Shown here piece by piece: positions 63,461 to 64,000 of a DNA stretch of 64,000 nucleotides (position 1 is the first letter of the stretch; each line of letters begins with the position of its first letter). The translations under genes were made by a program, and so were the position numbers. The notes below the pieces were generated by a model, which did not search any database, was not told the DNA's origin, and saw only the letters and a program-made list of their open reading frames with translations. This DNA is from Longimicrobiales bacterium (lineage in GTDB: Bacteria; Gemmatimonadota; Gemmatimonadetes; Longimicrobiales; Gaopeijiaceae): positions 832,001 through 896,000 of the forward strand of contig CBDBCF010000001.1 in the NCBI GenBank assembly GCA_965202985.1, in the 5' to 3' direction.

Positions 63461-63841
63461 CTACTTCTTGGGAGCCTTCTTCTTGCCAGCGATGGCCCTG
63501 CGGGGGCCCTTCTTGGTGCGGGCGTTGGTGTGCGTGCGCTGGCCCCGCACGGGCAGTCCCCGCCGATGACGAAGCCCCCGGTAGCACCCGATGTCCATGA
63601 GTCGCTTGATGTTCATCGAGACTTCGGTTCGGAGAGCGCCCTCCACCTTGTGGTTCTGCTCGATCTCGCGGCGAAGACGGCTCGCGTGCTCGTCGGTCAG
63701 CTCGTGCGTCCTCAGGTTCGGGTCGATCCCCGTGGCGTCCAGTATCCGACGGGCGCGAGCCCGCCCGACCCCGTACACATAGGTCAGGGCCACTTCCACC
63801 CGCTTGCCCCGGGGAAGGTCCACCCCTGCGATTCGTGCCAT
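63461..63841 (-). CDS. rpsM: 30S ribosomal protein S13
   Basis: [25 protein letters not shown]. Confidence 0.98.
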   Translation of the reverse strand: MARIAGVDLPRGKRVEVALTYVYGVGRARARRILDATGIDPNLRTHELTDEHASRLRREIEQNHKVEGALRTEVSMNIKRLMDIGCYRGLRHRRGLPVRGQRTHTNARTKKGPRRAIAGKKKAPKK

Positions 63842-63846
63842 CTGCC

Positions 63847-63963
63847 CTAACCCTGCCGCTGCTTGTGGCGCGGATTTCGGCTGCAGATGATCCGCACGAC
63901 GCCCTTGCGGCGCACCACGCGACAGTACTCGCACATGGGCTTCACGCTGGTTCGCACCTTCAT
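63847..63963 (-). CDS. rpmJ: 50S ribosomal protein L36
   Basis: [38 protein letters not shown]; too short for the ORF track. Confidence 0.98.
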   Translation of the reverse strand: MKVRTSVKPMCEYCRVVRRKGVVRIICSRNPRHKQRQG

Positions 63964-64000
63964 GGCCGGAGCCTCCTGTTTTTCGTTCGCTGCGTAGCTT

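Overview
High-GC bacterial chromosome segment; the gene content and style suggest a Gemmatimonadota-like organism, which is inference only. Two housekeeping blocks flank a ~23 kb accessory island. Left block (1-23.8 kb): hydrolases, tRNA-Lys(TTT), a PhoD-family gene, rnhB-rplS, trmD-rimM-rpsP-ffh, a tandem pair of SGNH-hydrolase genes, purA, a DapA-family gene, trpS, suhB and peptidases. The trmD-rplS operon is split by a 3 kb insert carrying an Rpn gene. Right block (47.3-64 kb): radC, secA, nadD, bamD, a TPR protein, nucleotide-sugar genes and rplQ-rpoA-rpsD-rpsK-rpsM-rpmJ. The island (~24.0-47.3 kb) looks like a defence island. It holds an AAA-DUF4143 ATPase coupled to a 1382-aa NACHT/STAND protein with a C-terminal PD-(D/E)xK nuclease, and an Rpn gene whose small C-terminal module is duplicated as a stand-alone ORF. 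It also holds a second AAA-DUF4143 gene, a degenerate large N6-adenine methylase, a six-unit array with 21-bp period, a Mod::HEPN-like chimera, an IS1380 relic, a type III-like mod-TIR-res operon and a PLD-wHTH nuclease. Best candidates for something new: the AAA-DUF4143 + NACHT-nuclease operon, the freed Rpn small-protein copy, the Mod-promoter-captured HEPN-like gene and the TIR embedded in the type III RM operon. All calls come from reading motifs by eye; no searches were run.
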